IMG/VR virus record: IMGVR_UViG_3300046028_006969
Span: 1-63,453 of that record
Direction: 5' to 3' (one strand)
Length of the DNA: 63,453 nt
Origin: a virus
Taxonomy: Duplodnaviria; Caudoviricetes
The notes beneath the pieces were generated by a model. It saw nothing but the letters and a program-made list of their open reading frames with translations, was not told the DNA's origin and made no database searches. This document shows, one piece after another, positions 29,612-39,941 of this stretch. The position numbers were made by a program, and so were the translations under genes. Numbering within the stretch: the first letter of the stretch is position 1; every line of letters begins with the position of its first letter.

Positions 29612-31414
29612 ATGGAATACATGGGAATAAATATAGATTTGGAAAGAGATAAACTCTTTGATGAATTGGGCATAAAGCGACTTAAAGAGTCCTATATGAA
29701 AGAAAATGAAGAATCGCCGCAAGAAAGATTTGCATATGTATCGACCGCATTTGGAACAGACAATGCACACGCTCAACGATTATATGACTATTCCTCAAAA
29801 CATTGGCTTTCTTATTCAACACCCATTCTTTCATATGGTCGTTCTAAAAAAGGTTTACCAATCTCTTGTTTCCTTAATTTCATTGATGATACAGCGGAAG
29901 GTCTAGTTGATAATCTTTCTGAAACTAATTGGTTGTCTATGTTTGGCGGTGGTGTTGGTATCGGCTTTGGGATACGTTCGGCGGATGACAAATCAACTGG
30001 CGTTATGCCGCACCTCAAAATTTACGATGCATCGTCTTTGGCTTATCGCCAAGGCCGTACTCGCCGTGGAAGTTATGCTGCTTACCTTGATATTAGTCAT
30101 CCAGACATTATTCCGTTCTTAGAAATGCGTAAGCCAACAGGTGATCCAAATGTACGTTGCCTGAATCTACACCACGGAATAAATATTACCGATGACTTCA
30201 TGCAATTGATTGAGAATTGTATGTTGGATGCAAATGCAGACGATTCATGGAATTTAGTTGATCCATATAGTAAAGAGATTCGTGAAACTGTTTCAGCCAA
30301 AAACCTTTGGCAACAGATTCTAGAATTGCGTATGCATACTGGTGAACCTTATATTCATTACATTGATACAAGTAACAAAATGTTACCTAAACATCTAAAA
30401 GATAAAGGTCTAAAAGTACATCAATCAAACTTGTGTTCCGAAATCATATTGCCGACAGATAAAGATAGAACAGCTGTTTGTTGCCTATCATCATTGAATT
30501 TGGAGAACTATGATGAATGGAAAGATGAACCATTATTCCTAAAAGATGTTGCTGAAATGTTGGATAATGTTTTAGATTATTTCATCACACATGCACCTGA
30601 TAGTATTTATAGAGCAAGATATAGTGCTATGAGGGAACGTTCTATTGGTATTGGTGCTTTAGGATTTCATGCTTATTTGCAACGAAATGGAATTGCTTTT
30701 GAAGGTGTTATGGCTAAAGTTGTAAACAACAAAATCTTCAAATCAATTAAGGAAAAATTAGATGAAGCTAATAAAATTTTGGGATCGGAACGCGGAGAAG
30801 CTCCTGATGCTATCGGCACTGGCCAGCGTTTTAGTCATACTATGGCTATTGCTCCAAATGCTTCTTCATCTATCATCATGCGAAATACTAGCCCTAGTAT
30901 CGAGCCTTACCGTGCTAACGCTTACCGTCAGGACACTTTATCAGGATCATTTCTAAACAAGAATCGTTGGTTAGACAAAGTGATTCAGGAACATCTTGCT
31001 GGTGACGGTGAAACAATATCAAGTGACGATTACAATGATATTTGGTCTACAATCATTGCAAACGATGGTTCTGTACAGCACCTAACATGGATGGACGAAA
31101 ATACCAAAGCGGTGTTCAAGACTTCAATGGAAATTGACCAACGTTGGGTGATTGATTTAGCTGCTGATAGACAAGTATACATAGACCAAGGACAGTCACT
31201 TAATCTGTTCTTTAGACCAGATGTTAATATTAAGTATCTCCATGCCATACACTTTATGGCCTGGAAAAAAGGTTTGAAAACTTTGTACTACTGCCGTTCT
31301 GAAAAGATTGGCAAAGCTGATAAAGTTTCAAAGAAAATTGAGCGACAAGTAATCAAAGAAATTGATATGACACAAATTGCTCAAGGAAATGATTGTATAG
31401 CTTGTGAAGGATAA
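29612..31414 (+). CDS. nrdA: ribonucleotide reductase class I alpha subunit
   Basis: SCF, SNLCSEI, VCCLSS, APNASSS, KTLYY and C-terminal CIACEG motifs. Confidence 0.97.
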   Translation: MEYMGINIDLERDKLFDELGIKRLKESYMKENEESPQERFAYVSTAFGTDNAHAQRLYDYSSKHWLSYSTPILSYGRSKKGLPISCFLNFIDDTAEGLVDNLSETNWLSMFGGGVGIGFGIRSADDKSTGVMPHLKIYDASSLAYRQGRTRRGSYAAYLDISHPDIIPFLEMRKPTGDPNVRCLNLHHGINITDDFMQLIENCMLDANADDSWNLVDPYSKEIRETVSAKNLWQQILELRMHTGEPYIHYIDTSNKMLPKHLKDKGLKVHQSNLCSEIILPTDKDRTAVCCLSSLNLENYDEWKDEPLFLKDVAEMLDNVLDYFITHAPDSIYRARYSAMRERSIGIGALGFHAYLQRNGIAFEGVMAKVVNNKIFKSIKEKLDEANKILGSERGEAPDAIGTGQRFSHTMAIAPNASSSIIMRNTSPSIEPYRANAYRQDTLSGSFLNKNRWLDKVIQEHLAGDGETISSDDYNDIWSTIIANDGSVQHLTWMDENTKAVFKTSMEIDQRWVIDLAADRQVYIDQGQSLNLFFRPDVNIKYLHAIHFMAWKKGLKTLYYCRSEKIGKADKVSKKIERQVIKEIDMTQIAQGNDCIACEG

Positions 31415-31418
31415 AAAA

Positions 31419-31664
31419 ATGAAAAGAGTATTAAGATTTACAGCTGAATGGTGTGCTCCTTGTAAAACAATGGCAACTATGTTGGACGAAATTAATTGTG
31501 GTATTCCAATTGAAGTTATAGATATAGATAAATCAATTGAAACTTCAATGGAATTTGGTATTAGGTCTGTTCCAACTTTAGTAATGATGGATGGAAACAT
31601 TCAAATGAAAAGGATGACCGGCATGAAAAAGAAAAGTGATTTGGAAACCTGGTTGAAAACTTAA
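31419..31664 (+). CDS. thioredoxin
   Basis: WCAPCK active site; cis-Pro SVPT. Confidence 0.92.
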   Translation: MKRVLRFTAEWCAPCKTMATMLDEINCGIPIEVIDIDKSIETSMEFGIRSVPTLVMMDGNIQMKRMTGMKKKSDLETWLKT

Positions 31665-32309
31665 ATGAAACCAACTATTGCTGTATTCGTACATCAACCA
31701 TATTGTTCTATACAGTCGGATAATGGAATAATCAAAGCGTTATCTCCAAAATATAACTTCAAAATTTTCACTAAACATGAATTAGAAGATAATTTTTTTG
31801 ATGATGTTGATTGTATTGCAATACCTGGCGGCATCGGCGATGCTAGTAAATTTGATATGTGTTTTTCTGCTAACGGTGAACGCATAAAAAAGTTTATTGC
31901 TGACGGCGGCAAGTATCTCGGTATTTGCATGGGTGCTTATTGGGCTGGTCGAGAATATTTAAATATATTAGAAGATGTTGATGCAGTACAATATATAAAA
32001 CAACCAAATACTTGTACTCACAGACCACATGCAAAAAACCTGTCGGTCATATGGAACAATCAACCTGAAAAAATGTTTTTCTATGATGGATGTGCATTAG
32101 TTGGAGACAACAATAAATTTGAAACTATTGCAACATATTGCAATGGAGATGCAATGGCTATCATTCAACGTAACATTGGGATAATCGGTTGTCATCCAGA
32201 GAGTGAGATACACTGGTATAACTCTTACAGTTGGATGAAAGGTTTATATCATAACGGTAAGCATCACAAATTGTTGCTAGATTTTGTAGATAAATTAATG
32301 AAAAAATAG
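31665..32309 (+). CDS. BPL_N / class I glutamine amidotransferase-like protein
   Basis: PGG, GGKYLGICMGAY and HPE triad. Confidence 0.8.
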   Translation: MKPTIAVFVHQPYCSIQSDNGIIKALSPKYNFKIFTKHELEDNFFDDVDCIAIPGGIGDASKFDMCFSANGERIKKFIADGGKYLGICMGAYWAGREYLNILEDVDAVQYIKQPNTCTHRPHAKNLSVIWNNQPEKMFFYDGCALVGDNNKFETIATYCNGDAMAIIQRNIGIIGCHPESEIHWYNSYSWMKGLYHNGKHHKLLLDFVDKLMKK

Positions 32310-32316
32310 GACGGAT

Positions 32317-33303
32317 ATGATAAAGAAAACAAAACAGGACGTTACACAAGAACGTACATATTTTAAACCATTCAATTATGCATGGGCTTATGATGCATGG
32401 TTAAAACATGAACAAAGTCATTGGTTACATACAGAAGTTCCAATGATGGAAGACACCAAAGATTGGAAGAAAAAACTTACAGTTGAAGAAAAGAAATTCT
32501 TAACTCATATATTCCGTTTCTTTACACAAGGTGATATTGACGTTGCTGGTGGTTATGTTAATAACTATCTACCAAATTTTCCTCAACCTGAAATACGGAT
32601 GATGTTGATGGGCTTTGCTGCTCGTGAAGCCTTACACGTTGCGGCTTATTCACACTTGATTGAAACTTTAGGATTACCTGAAACAACATATAATGAATTT
32701 TCCGAGTATGCTGAAATGCGTGAGAAACATGACTATGTTATGGATATTTCCAAACAAGTTAGTTCCAAATCAAACACCGCAACACAAATTGCTGTATTCT
32801 CTGCATTCACAGAAGGCATGCAATTATTTTCATCATTCATCATGTTATTGAATTTTCCAAGACAGGGTAAAATGAAAGGTATGGGCCAGATTGTTACGTG
32901 GTCGATTGTCGATGAAACACAACATGCTGAAAACATGATTAAGTTATTCCGCACATACATAGGTGAAAATCCAGAAATCTGGAACGATGAGCTTAAATCT
33001 CGTATTTACACCATTGCAGAAAAGATGGTGGAACTTGAAGATAAGTTTATTGACCTAGCTTTCAATTTAGGTGGCATGGAAGGTTTGTCTGCTGAAGATG
33101 TGAAGAAATATATTCGTTACATTGCTGACCGTAGATTAATTTCTTTGAGCTTAAAGGGTATTTTTAAAGTTAAGAAAAACCCACTACCATGGGTTGAAGA
33201 AATGATTAATGCACCAACGCATACAAATTTCTTTGAGAATCGGGCAACTGATTATGCAAAGGGAGCTTTGTCTGGTGATTGGGGTGATGTTTGGGCTAAT
33301 TAA
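32317..33303 (+). CDS. nrdB: ribonucleotide reductase class I beta subunit
   Basis: FFTQGD, REALH, TEG, DETQH and NFFENRATDY motifs. Confidence 0.97.
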   Translation: MIKKTKQDVTQERTYFKPFNYAWAYDAWLKHEQSHWLHTEVPMMEDTKDWKKKLTVEEKKFLTHIFRFFTQGDIDVAGGYVNNYLPNFPQPEIRMMLMGFAAREALHVAAYSHLIETLGLPETTYNEFSEYAEMREKHDYVMDISKQVSSKSNTATQIAVFSAFTEGMQLFSSFIMLLNFPRQGKMKGMGQIVTWSIVDETQHAENMIKLFRTYIGENPEIWNDELKSRIYTIAEKMVELEDKFIDLAFNLGGMEGLSAEDVKKYIRYIADRRLISLSLKGIFKVKKNPLPWVEEMINAPTHTNFFENRATDYAKGALSGDWGDVWAN

Positions 33304-33324
33304 TAACAATAACGGGAGTTAGTA

Positions 33325-33513
33325 ATGAAAAATAAAATAGTATCAGGTGAATGTTTAAGTTGTGAATCAACATATGAAGTTGAATATTATGAAGAACTAA
33401 CCTCACAAGAAATGCCAGAATTCTGTCCATTTTGTGGTGAACCCATCGAAGAATTATCCGAAGAATATATAGAGGATAATGACCTTGATGAAGATGACTT
33501 AAAATGGGAATAA
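33325..33513 (+). CDS. small acidic zinc-ribbon protein
   Basis: CLSC...CPFCG. Confidence 0.75.
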   Translation: MKNKIVSGECLSCESTYEVEYYEELTSQEMPEFCPFCGEPIEELSEEYIEDNDLDEDDLKWE

Positions 33514-33935
33514 ACTGGATATACAATAACTTAAATTTCACAGAAGATTTAATTGGAGATAGTTACGGGTTTGTTTATATGATAACAAACCTAGAGACAG
33601 GTAAAAAATATATTGGTAAGAAACTTTTTTACTTCTCCAAGACAAGACAAGTTAAAGGCAAAAAGAAAAAATTCAAAGTGGTTAGTGACTGGCCAACTTA
33701 CTATGGAAGTAGTGAAGAATTACAAAAAGATGTTGTTCTCTATGGAAAAGAAAAATTCAAAAGAGAAATAATGCATCTTTGTAAATCAAAAGGCGAATGT
33801 AGTTATCTTGAAGCAAAAGAACAATTTGCACACAATGTTATGGAAGGTGATGAATATTACAACAACTGGATTATGGTTAGAGTAAGAAAATCACATATCA
33901 AGGATTACAATGCTAGAATACTTAAAACAATTTGA
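33504..33935 (+). CDS. GIY-YIG endonuclease (EndoII/DenA-like)
   Basis: GFVYMITNLETGKKYIGKK, YYGSS and YYN motifs. Confidence 0.85.
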   Translation: MGINWIYNNLNFTEDLIGDSYGFVYMITNLETGKKYIGKKLFYFSKTRQVKGKKKKFKVVSDWPTYYGSSEELQKDVVLYGKEKFKREIMHLCKSKGECSYLEAKEQFAHNVMEGDEYYNNWIMVRVRKSHIKDYNARILKTI

Positions 33936-34248
33936 AAATGAAAATTATGACACGTTTATGTTTCTTCCCGGAGAAAAAGAAGATGATGTGCATATAGAAC
34001 TAAATGAATTGAAGGAAAAAGGAAAAAAACTTGGCGGTTCAAATTTAGGCGATTGTTATGATATTATCATTTTCAAAGATAAAGACGGTGATGTTGACAA
34101 GTTGGAAAGATTTGACGCAATTTTAATTGAACCATTGGAATATATCTCAGTGTTAATTCCTTTGGATTTTTATGGTGTTTTTTGCAAAAAAACAACAACA
34201 TCTGGTAAACTTATGGATGGAATATTTGACAAATTTCACCAAGTGTGA
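33910..34248 (+). CDS. hypothetical acidic protein
   Basis: 112-aa co-oriented ORF. Confidence 0.6.
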   Translation: MLEYLKQFENENYDTFMFLPGEKEDDVHIELNELKEKGKKLGGSNLGDCYDIIIFKDKDGDVDKLERFDAILIEPLEYISVLIPLDFYGVFCKKTTTSGKLMDGIFDKFHQV

Positions 34249-34254
34249 TAATAT
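34226..34254 (+). promoter_or_regulatory. sigma70-type promoter for rnh
   Basis: TTGACA-17-TAATAT with TG extension. Confidence 0.55.
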
Positions 34255-34280
34255 AGAGTTTTACAACTACTGGATTTATA

Positions 34281-35132
34281 ATGATTCTCGTTGACCTTAA
34301 CCAGGTTTTGTTAGCAGGTTTGATGGCACAAATATCAAACCAAAAAGGAATTAAGTTGGAGGAAAACTTAGTCCGACACATGGTATTAAACATTCTTAGG
34401 ATGCACCTAAAGACGTTCCGCAACGAATACGGAGAAGTTGTACTCTGTTGTGACAACCGTAAATATTGGCGCAAGGAATTCTTTCCATTCTACAAGGCAG
34501 GTCGTAAAGCAACTCGTGAAAAGTCTGCATTAGATTGGCATCTGATTTTTGAATTGTTGACTAAATTCAAAGAAGAATTAAAAGAAAACTTCCCATATAA
34601 AGTTATCGATGTTGAAGGTGCAGAAGCTGATGACATTATTGGTACACTTGCACCAAGATTTGTTGCTCACCAAAAAATATTAATACTTTCCAGTGACGGA
34701 GATTTTCTACAATTACAGCGTTATGGTGCAAACATCAAGCAATACAATCCTGTACAAAAGAAATATATCAAATCTGAGAACCCATCAAATGAACTCAAAG
34801 AGAAAATTATAAAAGGTGATAAAGGTGATGGAATACCTAATGTTCTTTCACCATCTGATTGTTTTGTCCGAGGAGTTAGGCAAACCACAATCAATAAGAA
34901 CAAACTTGATAAATTGATGAGTCAACATTACGGGGAATGGGAAGATGAAAATGCACGTATAGGATTCTCAAGGAACCAAACACTAATTGATTTGATGTTA
35001 ATCCCAGGTGATATCAAAGAGAAAATCATAAATACTTATGATGAAACTAAGCCTGCATCTAAACAAAAGATGTTTAACTATTTTATTCAATATAAACTGA
35101 AAAATTTAATGGAAGTAATTGAGGAATTTTAA
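34281..35132 (+). CDS. rnh: T4-type RNase H / 5'-3' exonuclease
   Basis: ILVD, YKAGR, EADDIIG, SSDGDFLQL and GDKGDGIPN motifs. Confidence 0.94.
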   Translation: MILVDLNQVLLAGLMAQISNQKGIKLEENLVRHMVLNILRMHLKTFRNEYGEVVLCCDNRKYWRKEFFPFYKAGRKATREKSALDWHLIFELLTKFKEELKENFPYKVIDVEGAEADDIIGTLAPRFVAHQKILILSSDGDFLQLQRYGANIKQYNPVQKKYIKSENPSNELKEKIIKGDKGDGIPNVLSPSDCFVRGVRQTTINKNKLDKLMSQHYGEWEDENARIGFSRNQTLIDLMLIPGDIKEKIINTYDETKPASKQKMFNYFIQYKLKNLMEVIEEF

Positions 35133-35554
35133 TGAAAAATATATATGAAGTATTTGACGAATTTGAAACTGCTAAAACAAAGCAACAACGAATGGACATT
35201 ATTGGAAAAAATCTTTCCAAGGTTCTAACCGAAGTATTACAACTAGGTTTTCATCCACAACCAAAATGGTATTTCGATGAAGTTCCTGAAGGTTATGTAA
35301 TAAAAGATGTTCCCGCAGGAATGAGTTATGCAAAACTATCAACAGAAATGCGGAAACTATACATGTTTCAAAAAGGCAATGAAACTGCTGATAAATTAAC
35401 AGATAAAAAGCGTGAGCAACTGTTAGTAGAATTGTTACAAAATCTAGAACCCCGTGAAGCAGAAGTTATCATGGGTATTTTCAGAAAAGACTTTGGCGTT
35501 AAAGGTTTAGATTATAAGTTCGTCAAAGAAGCTTTCCCGGCAATGTTGCCATAG
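35132..35554 (+). CDS. conserved T4-like hypothetical protein
   Basis: KREQLLVELLQNL and VKEAFPAML pattern. Confidence 0.7.
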   Translation: MKNIYEVFDEFETAKTKQQRMDIIGKNLSKVLTEVLQLGFHPQPKWYFDEVPEGYVIKDVPAGMSYAKLSTEMRKLYMFQKGNETADKLTDKKREQLLVELLQNLEPREAEVIMGIFRKDFGVKGLDYKFVKEAFPAMLP

Positions 35555-35572
35555 AAAAAAGGAGTTTAAGAG

Positions 35573-35752
35573 GTGTCAAAATTTGTAGAGAAGTTTCGCA
35601 AAGATAGAAACTACAGTGAAGATCATTATTTCGAAAAAAATCAATACGATAAACGTAAAAAAAGAGAAAAACAAAAAACTTTTACTCGCCAATCGCAATT
35701 TGATGTTATAGAATCTAGTTGGGAAGCAGATTCAAGGAAATTTAGAAGATAA
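35573..35752 (+). CDS. 59-aa basic hypothetical protein (not in ORF track)
   Basis: GTG start after AAGGAG; open to TAA at 35750. Confidence 0.45.
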   Translation: MSKFVEKFRKDRNYSEDHYFEKNQYDKRKKREKQKTFTRQSQFDVIESSWEADSRKFRR

Positions 35753-35753
35753 G

Positions 35754-35804
35754 TGTTGTTTTTATACAACAAACACTTGACAATTTTGAAAAACTCTGTA
35801 AAAT
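35754..35804 (+). promoter_or_regulatory. early promoter with TGTTG-N8-CAACA box
   Basis: TGTTGTTTTTATACAACA, 5 nt, TTGACA-16-TAAAAT. Confidence 0.75.
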
Positions 35805-35828
35805 GTAAATCTTGTACGGAAATATATT

Positions 35829-36173
35829 ATGTTTATACATTGCAGGACTCCCAAATCCAAAAAACGGAAAGTGCCTAAGACACAACAGGCACAATATGAC
35901 GCATGGCTCAAATCCATTGAAGATATGAAGCCCAAGTCATTGAGTAAATATTCCAGCAACTTGTCTATCAAAAGTCCAGTTGTTACGAATGTTTACGTCC
36001 GTGAAACTGCAAAAATCAAGTCACTAGATACAGGACTAGCTGTCGCTATCAAAAAGCCAACAAACGTTTACACAGGAACAATGGTCAAGGGTATTGCTAC
36101 AATGCATAAATCTAACGCCGTACCTGTTTTTACTGATGAACAAGCAAAAGACATATCTAGTATGAGGCGATAA
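35829..36173 (+). CDS. conserved basic hypothetical protein
   Basis: YTGTMVKGIATMHKSNAVPVF motif. Confidence 0.75.
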   Translation: MFIHCRTPKSKKRKVPKTQQAQYDAWLKSIEDMKPKSLSKYSSNLSIKSPVVTNVYVRETAKIKSLDTGLAVAIKKPTNVYTGTMVKGIATMHKSNAVPVFTDEQAKDISSMRR

Positions 36174-36460
36174 TATGAAAAATCTTAAATTTACCGTAAA
36201 ATTAGAACGTCCGCATTGTCGGACTCCCATCAAACCTGTGCAAAAGCACAAAACCGCAAAAAATTTTAGCAGGAAAGTCAAATATCCTGAAAAAGTTGAG
36301 CGGATCACACTCGGAGATTATTAAATGACAGAAAATAATGATACAAAACCCAAATTTACGCCGGAATCACTAAATGAGCTCAACCAAGCGGTTCGCCGTT
36401 GGGCTGTTACAACACAATTTGAGCAGGATTTAGAAAATTATGAAAAACTTAAGCAACAAT

Positions 36461-36655
36461 ATGACTGATTCTACTTGGTCAACAACAATTGAAGATGCTG
36501 GAGACGGATCCGGCGACGGAATTCTAACTTTGCCGCCAGAGTTATGTGAAATGAAAGGTTGGAAAGAAGGAACCGTACTGAATTTAGAAGTTTCTGACGG
36601 AATATTAATTATTACTGAAGTTGATGCTGAAAAACAACAAAGCCTTGACAAATAA
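36461..36655 (+). CDS. AbrB/MazE/SpoVT-like DNA-binding protein
   Basis: GILTLPPELCEMKGWKEGTVLNLEV fits the AbrB swapped-hairpin pattern. Confidence 0.65.
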   Translation: MTDSTWSTTIEDAGDGSGDGILTLPPELCEMKGWKEGTVLNLEVSDGILIITEVDAEKQQSLDK

Positions 36656-36676
36656 ATCTAGTTGTGTTACTATAAT
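36622..36676 (+). promoter_or_regulatory. early promoter with a degenerate box, inside the 3' end of the AbrB-like gene
   Basis: TGATG-N8-CAACA, 5 nt, TTGACA-17-TACTAT. Confidence 0.6.
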
Positions 36677-36700
36677 GATTCTCAGTACACAGGAAGCTAT

Positions 36701-38905
36701 ATGGAACTAATCGAATCCAAATCAATTCTTGCCAAACTAATGGCAACAGAAAATCTACACATTGAACAACGTCATGTTCCGACGGCAAGCTTTGATGTTC
36801 AAAATCGTATCCTTACTATTCCAATTTTGGAAAATGGAATTTCAACATATCTCTATGATTTGTTTCTAGGACATGAAGTGGCTCATGCATTGTGGACACC
36901 ACTTGATGGATTACACAAAGCCCACGAATTAAAATACTCTTTGAGTGTTATGAATGTACTGGAAGATTCCCGTATTGAACGTAAAATCAAAATCAAATAT
37001 CCTGGCATTCGTCAATCCTTCATTCGTGCTTATAAAGAATTGGTCGACCAAGATTTTTTTGGAACAAAAGACCAAGATTTAAATGAATTGAATTTTATTG
37101 ACCGTGTGAATCTATACTGCAAAGGCGGTTCAACAACCGGTATTAAATTCAATGAAGTTGAAACAGACATTCTAAAAGAAATCGAAAACACACAAACTTA
37201 TGATGATGTTTTAGAAGTGTATAAAAAAGTATCCGAATACATGAAAAAAATTGGAGAAAAAGAAGAAGTACAAGAATTTGACCTAAAAAATCTACCCATC
37301 AATTTTAAAGAATCTGATGAAGGTTCTGAACAATCTGATGGCAACATAGAAATCCAAATTCAAGGAAACGGTAAATCAGGAAAAGCCGGCGAAAAAGAAG
37401 AAAAGAAAGAATCCGACGAGAAAAGTGAAAAAGAAGAAAACTCTGGTTCCAATGGAAACGAAAACGGCACTGGAGGAAATTCTGGTTCAAAAGAAGCACC
37501 TGGCACCGGTGGCTTTGGTGGTAAAAAAGAACCTGTTTCTAAAACAGACGAAGCATATCGTCAAAATGAAAACCGTTTGTTCTCAACAAAATCTAAAGAT
37601 GAAATTATCTATGGAAATGTTCCAGATTTAAATCTAGACCACTTTGTTCTTGATTATAGTAAACTGTGGGTTCGTTACGAAAAAGAATGCAAAGAATATG
37701 ATTCGAAGTATAGTTATACTGATTCTAAACATTATGTAAAACAACAAACAGAAATGTTTCTTAAATTCCGTGAAGATTCTAAAAAAGTTGTTTCTTATCT
37801 TGTAAAAGAATTTGAACTGCGTAAAAATGCGGACCAATTAAAGCGTGCAACAGTTTCAAAAACTGGTGAACTGAATATGTCTAAGATTTTTTCTTACAAT
37901 TTTAGTGAAGACCTGTTTAAGAAAATTACTGTTATTCCAGGTGGAAAATCGCATGGACTGGTTATGTTCATTGATTGGTCTGGTTCTATGGTCGATCATA
38001 TCGATAATACAATCAAACAATTGTTGAACTTGGTGATGTTCTGTAAAAAAGTTAATATTCCCTATGAAGTATATTCCTTTACGTCAGAATACGCAGATGA
38101 AAACTGTTATAAATTAAATATGAACGACATGAGACATTCAGCCAAACGTGGTGACATGGTAATGTCTCCATTTAAATTGTTGAATTTGTTATCTAATCGT
38201 ATGCCTGCCACAATGTTTGCAAAAGCTGCAGGAGCACTCTTAGGTTATAAACGTTTAAATCGTTACCGTATTCCAGCTTGGTTCAATCTAGGCGGCACAC
38301 CATTGAATGAATGTATTGTTGCTGCAATGAAAATTGTTCCAAAATTCCAAAAAGAAAACCGACTGCAAGTTGTTAACACTGTATTTCTTACAGACGGCGA
38401 AGCTTCTCAATTTATTGCAATAAGTGACGGAGCTGGTAATTATATAAATGACACATATGCTACTCGTAATAAACGTATTGTGATTCGAGACCCTATTACA
38501 AAAAATGAAGTGATGGTCAATGATCCAAGCAATGAAACCAAACTGACTACAGCATATATTAAATTGTTAAAATCACGCACTAAATGTAACATTGTTGGTT
38601 TCTATATTCTGAGTGGTCGTAATTTTTCTGGAGTTATTCCTAACTTTTATCCGAATATAAAACCACATGAATATGAAAAATTGAAAAAAGACTTTAAGTC
38701 TGACAAGTATTCAGTTGTTACTACTGCTGGCTTTGACGAATATTATTTGATTAGGGCTGAGAACCTAGATACAGATGAAGATAAGGAATTTGAAGTAGCG
38801 GAAGATGCAACCATGCGAAACATTGCAACCGCATTTTCTAAATTTTCTTCATCAAGAAAAACAAGCAGAGTCGTCCTAAACCGATTCATAGAATTAATTG
38901 CATAG
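36701..38905 (+). CDS. CobT-like protein: HExxH metallopeptidase-like domain, acidic linker and vWA domain
   Basis: HEVAH, NVLEDSRIE, DWSGSM, GGTPLNE and FLTDGE motifs. Confidence 0.85.
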   Translation: MELIESKSILAKLMATENLHIEQRHVPTASFDVQNRILTIPILENGISTYLYDLFLGHEVAHALWTPLDGLHKAHELKYSLSVMNVLEDSRIERKIKIKYPGIRQSFIRAYKELVDQDFFGTKDQDLNELNFIDRVNLYCKGGSTTGIKFNEVETDILKEIENTQTYDDVLEVYKKVSEYMKKIGEKEEVQEFDLKNLPINFKESDEGSEQSDGNIEIQIQGNGKSGKAGEKEEKKESDEKSEKEENSGSNGNENGTGGNSGSKEAPGTGGFGGKKEPVSKTDEAYRQNENRLFSTKSKDEIIYGNVPDLNLDHFVLDYSKLWVRYEKECKEYDSKYSYTDSKHYVKQQTEMFLKFREDSKKVVSYLVKEFELRKNADQLKRATVSKTGELNMSKIFSYNFSEDLFKKITVIPGGKSHGLVMFIDWSGSMVDHIDNTIKQLLNLVMFCKKVNIPYEVYSFTSEYADENCYKLNMNDMRHSAKRGDMVMSPFKLLNLLSNRMPATMFAKAAGALLGYKRLNRYRIPAWFNLGGTPLNECIVAAMKIVPKFQKENRLQVVNTVFLTDGEASQFIAISDGAGNYINDTYATRNKRIVIRDPITKNEVMVNDPSNETKLTTAYIKLLKSRTKCNIVGFYILSGRNFSGVIPNFYPNIKPHEYEKLKKDFKSDKYSVVTTAGFDEYYLIRAENLDTDEDKEFEVAEDATMRNIATAFSKFSSSRKTSRVVLNRFIELIA

Positions 38906-38913
38906 GAGTTATT

Positions 38914-39111
38914 ATGTTTGAACTTTGTTATTCTGTCCAAGCAGAAGATAAAAAGAGTGAAGTGCGAAAAGATGCAATGGGTGTATATACTATTGCATAT
39001 TTTGTTAACAATGCTTTTACTCACTCCACCAGGAGTTACGTAAAGGAAGAAGCTGAGAACTTGGCCGATAGATTCGTTGGCCAAGGTAAACCAAGCTTCT
39101 TATCAGAATGA
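38914..39111 (+). CDS. hypothetical protein
   Basis: 65 aa; RBS AGGAG. Confidence 0.6.
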   Translation: MFELCYSVQAEDKKSEVRKDAMGVYTIAYFVNNAFTHSTRSYVKEEAENLADRFVGQGKPSFLSE

Positions 39112-39127
39112 AAGAAACTTGCATTAA

Positions 39128-39931
39128 ATGAAAGTATTAGTTACTGGCGCAGAAGGTTACATTGGTAACCATCTCTGCCAAATGATTCGAAAAACTAGAC
39201 CTGATATTGAAATTTATCGTTCGGTCTGGATGTACACCGACATTCGTAAATCTTATAGTATACTGCGTGAGTGGGCAGGAGAACACTTTGATGCAGTCAT
39301 TCATTTGGCCGCATTGGTTCGTGTAGGTGAATCTGTAAAAGATCCAATAGATTACTATGAAACAAATGTGGATGGCACTTTAAATGTCCTTAGAATACTG
39401 TCGTATAAGAATTTTATTTTTGCATCGACTGGCGCTGCTTCCAATCCTAGTAGTCCGTATGCATATTCTAAACTTATGGCTGAAAGTATTATCAAACAGA
39501 AACTTGGAGAAAATGACTACACCATATTTCGTTTCTATAACGTGATTGGTGCTGACGGTCATCCTGCAACGAATCCTGATGGTCTGTTCTATAATCTAAC
39601 GAATGCTATTACCTCAGGTAGTTTCTCTCTATATGGTACTGATTATGGGACCAAGGACGGTACTGCAATACGTGAGTATGTCCATGTGAATGATATTTGC
39701 AGAGCTATCATCAAAGCCATAGATAACCCAAGTAATTCTATTGAGAACCTGGCCTATGGTGACACACGTACTGTGGGAGAAATTATTGATATTTTTAAAG
39801 ATGTAAACAATGTCAATTTTAAGGTCAATCATTCTCCTAGGAGAGAAGGCGACCTTGCTGAAAATTATTTGAAGAATCCGTCAACCTACATGGAACGTAA
39901 CTATACTTACGAAGAAATGTTAAAACTATAG
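39128..39931 (+). CDS. galE: UDP-glucose 4-epimerase-like SDR
   Basis: VTGAEGYIG, HLAALVRVGES, YAYSK, RFYNV and DGTAIREYVHV motifs. Confidence 0.85.
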   Translation: MKVLVTGAEGYIGNHLCQMIRKTRPDIEIYRSVWMYTDIRKSYSILREWAGEHFDAVIHLAALVRVGESVKDPIDYYETNVDGTLNVLRILSYKNFIFASTGAASNPSSPYAYSKLMAESIIKQKLGENDYTIFRFYNVIGADGHPATNPDGLFYNLTNAITSGSFSLYGTDYGTKDGTAIREYVHVNDICRAIIKAIDNPSNSIENLAYGDTRTVGEIIDIFKDVNNVNFKVNHSPRREGDLAENYLKNPSTYMERNYTYEEMLKL

Positions 39932-39941
39932 AAAGAAAATT

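Noticed and set aside
2554-33303. Introns or inteins in gp43, gp41, nrdA, nrdB or thyX
   Set aside because: All are continuous ORFs of ordinary length with no intein or homing endonuclease inserts.
36175-36324. 49-aa basic ORF as an ArfA-like ribosome rescue factor
   Set aside because: The ORF is plausible, but resemblance is limited to basic composition and the KGKGS motif is absent.
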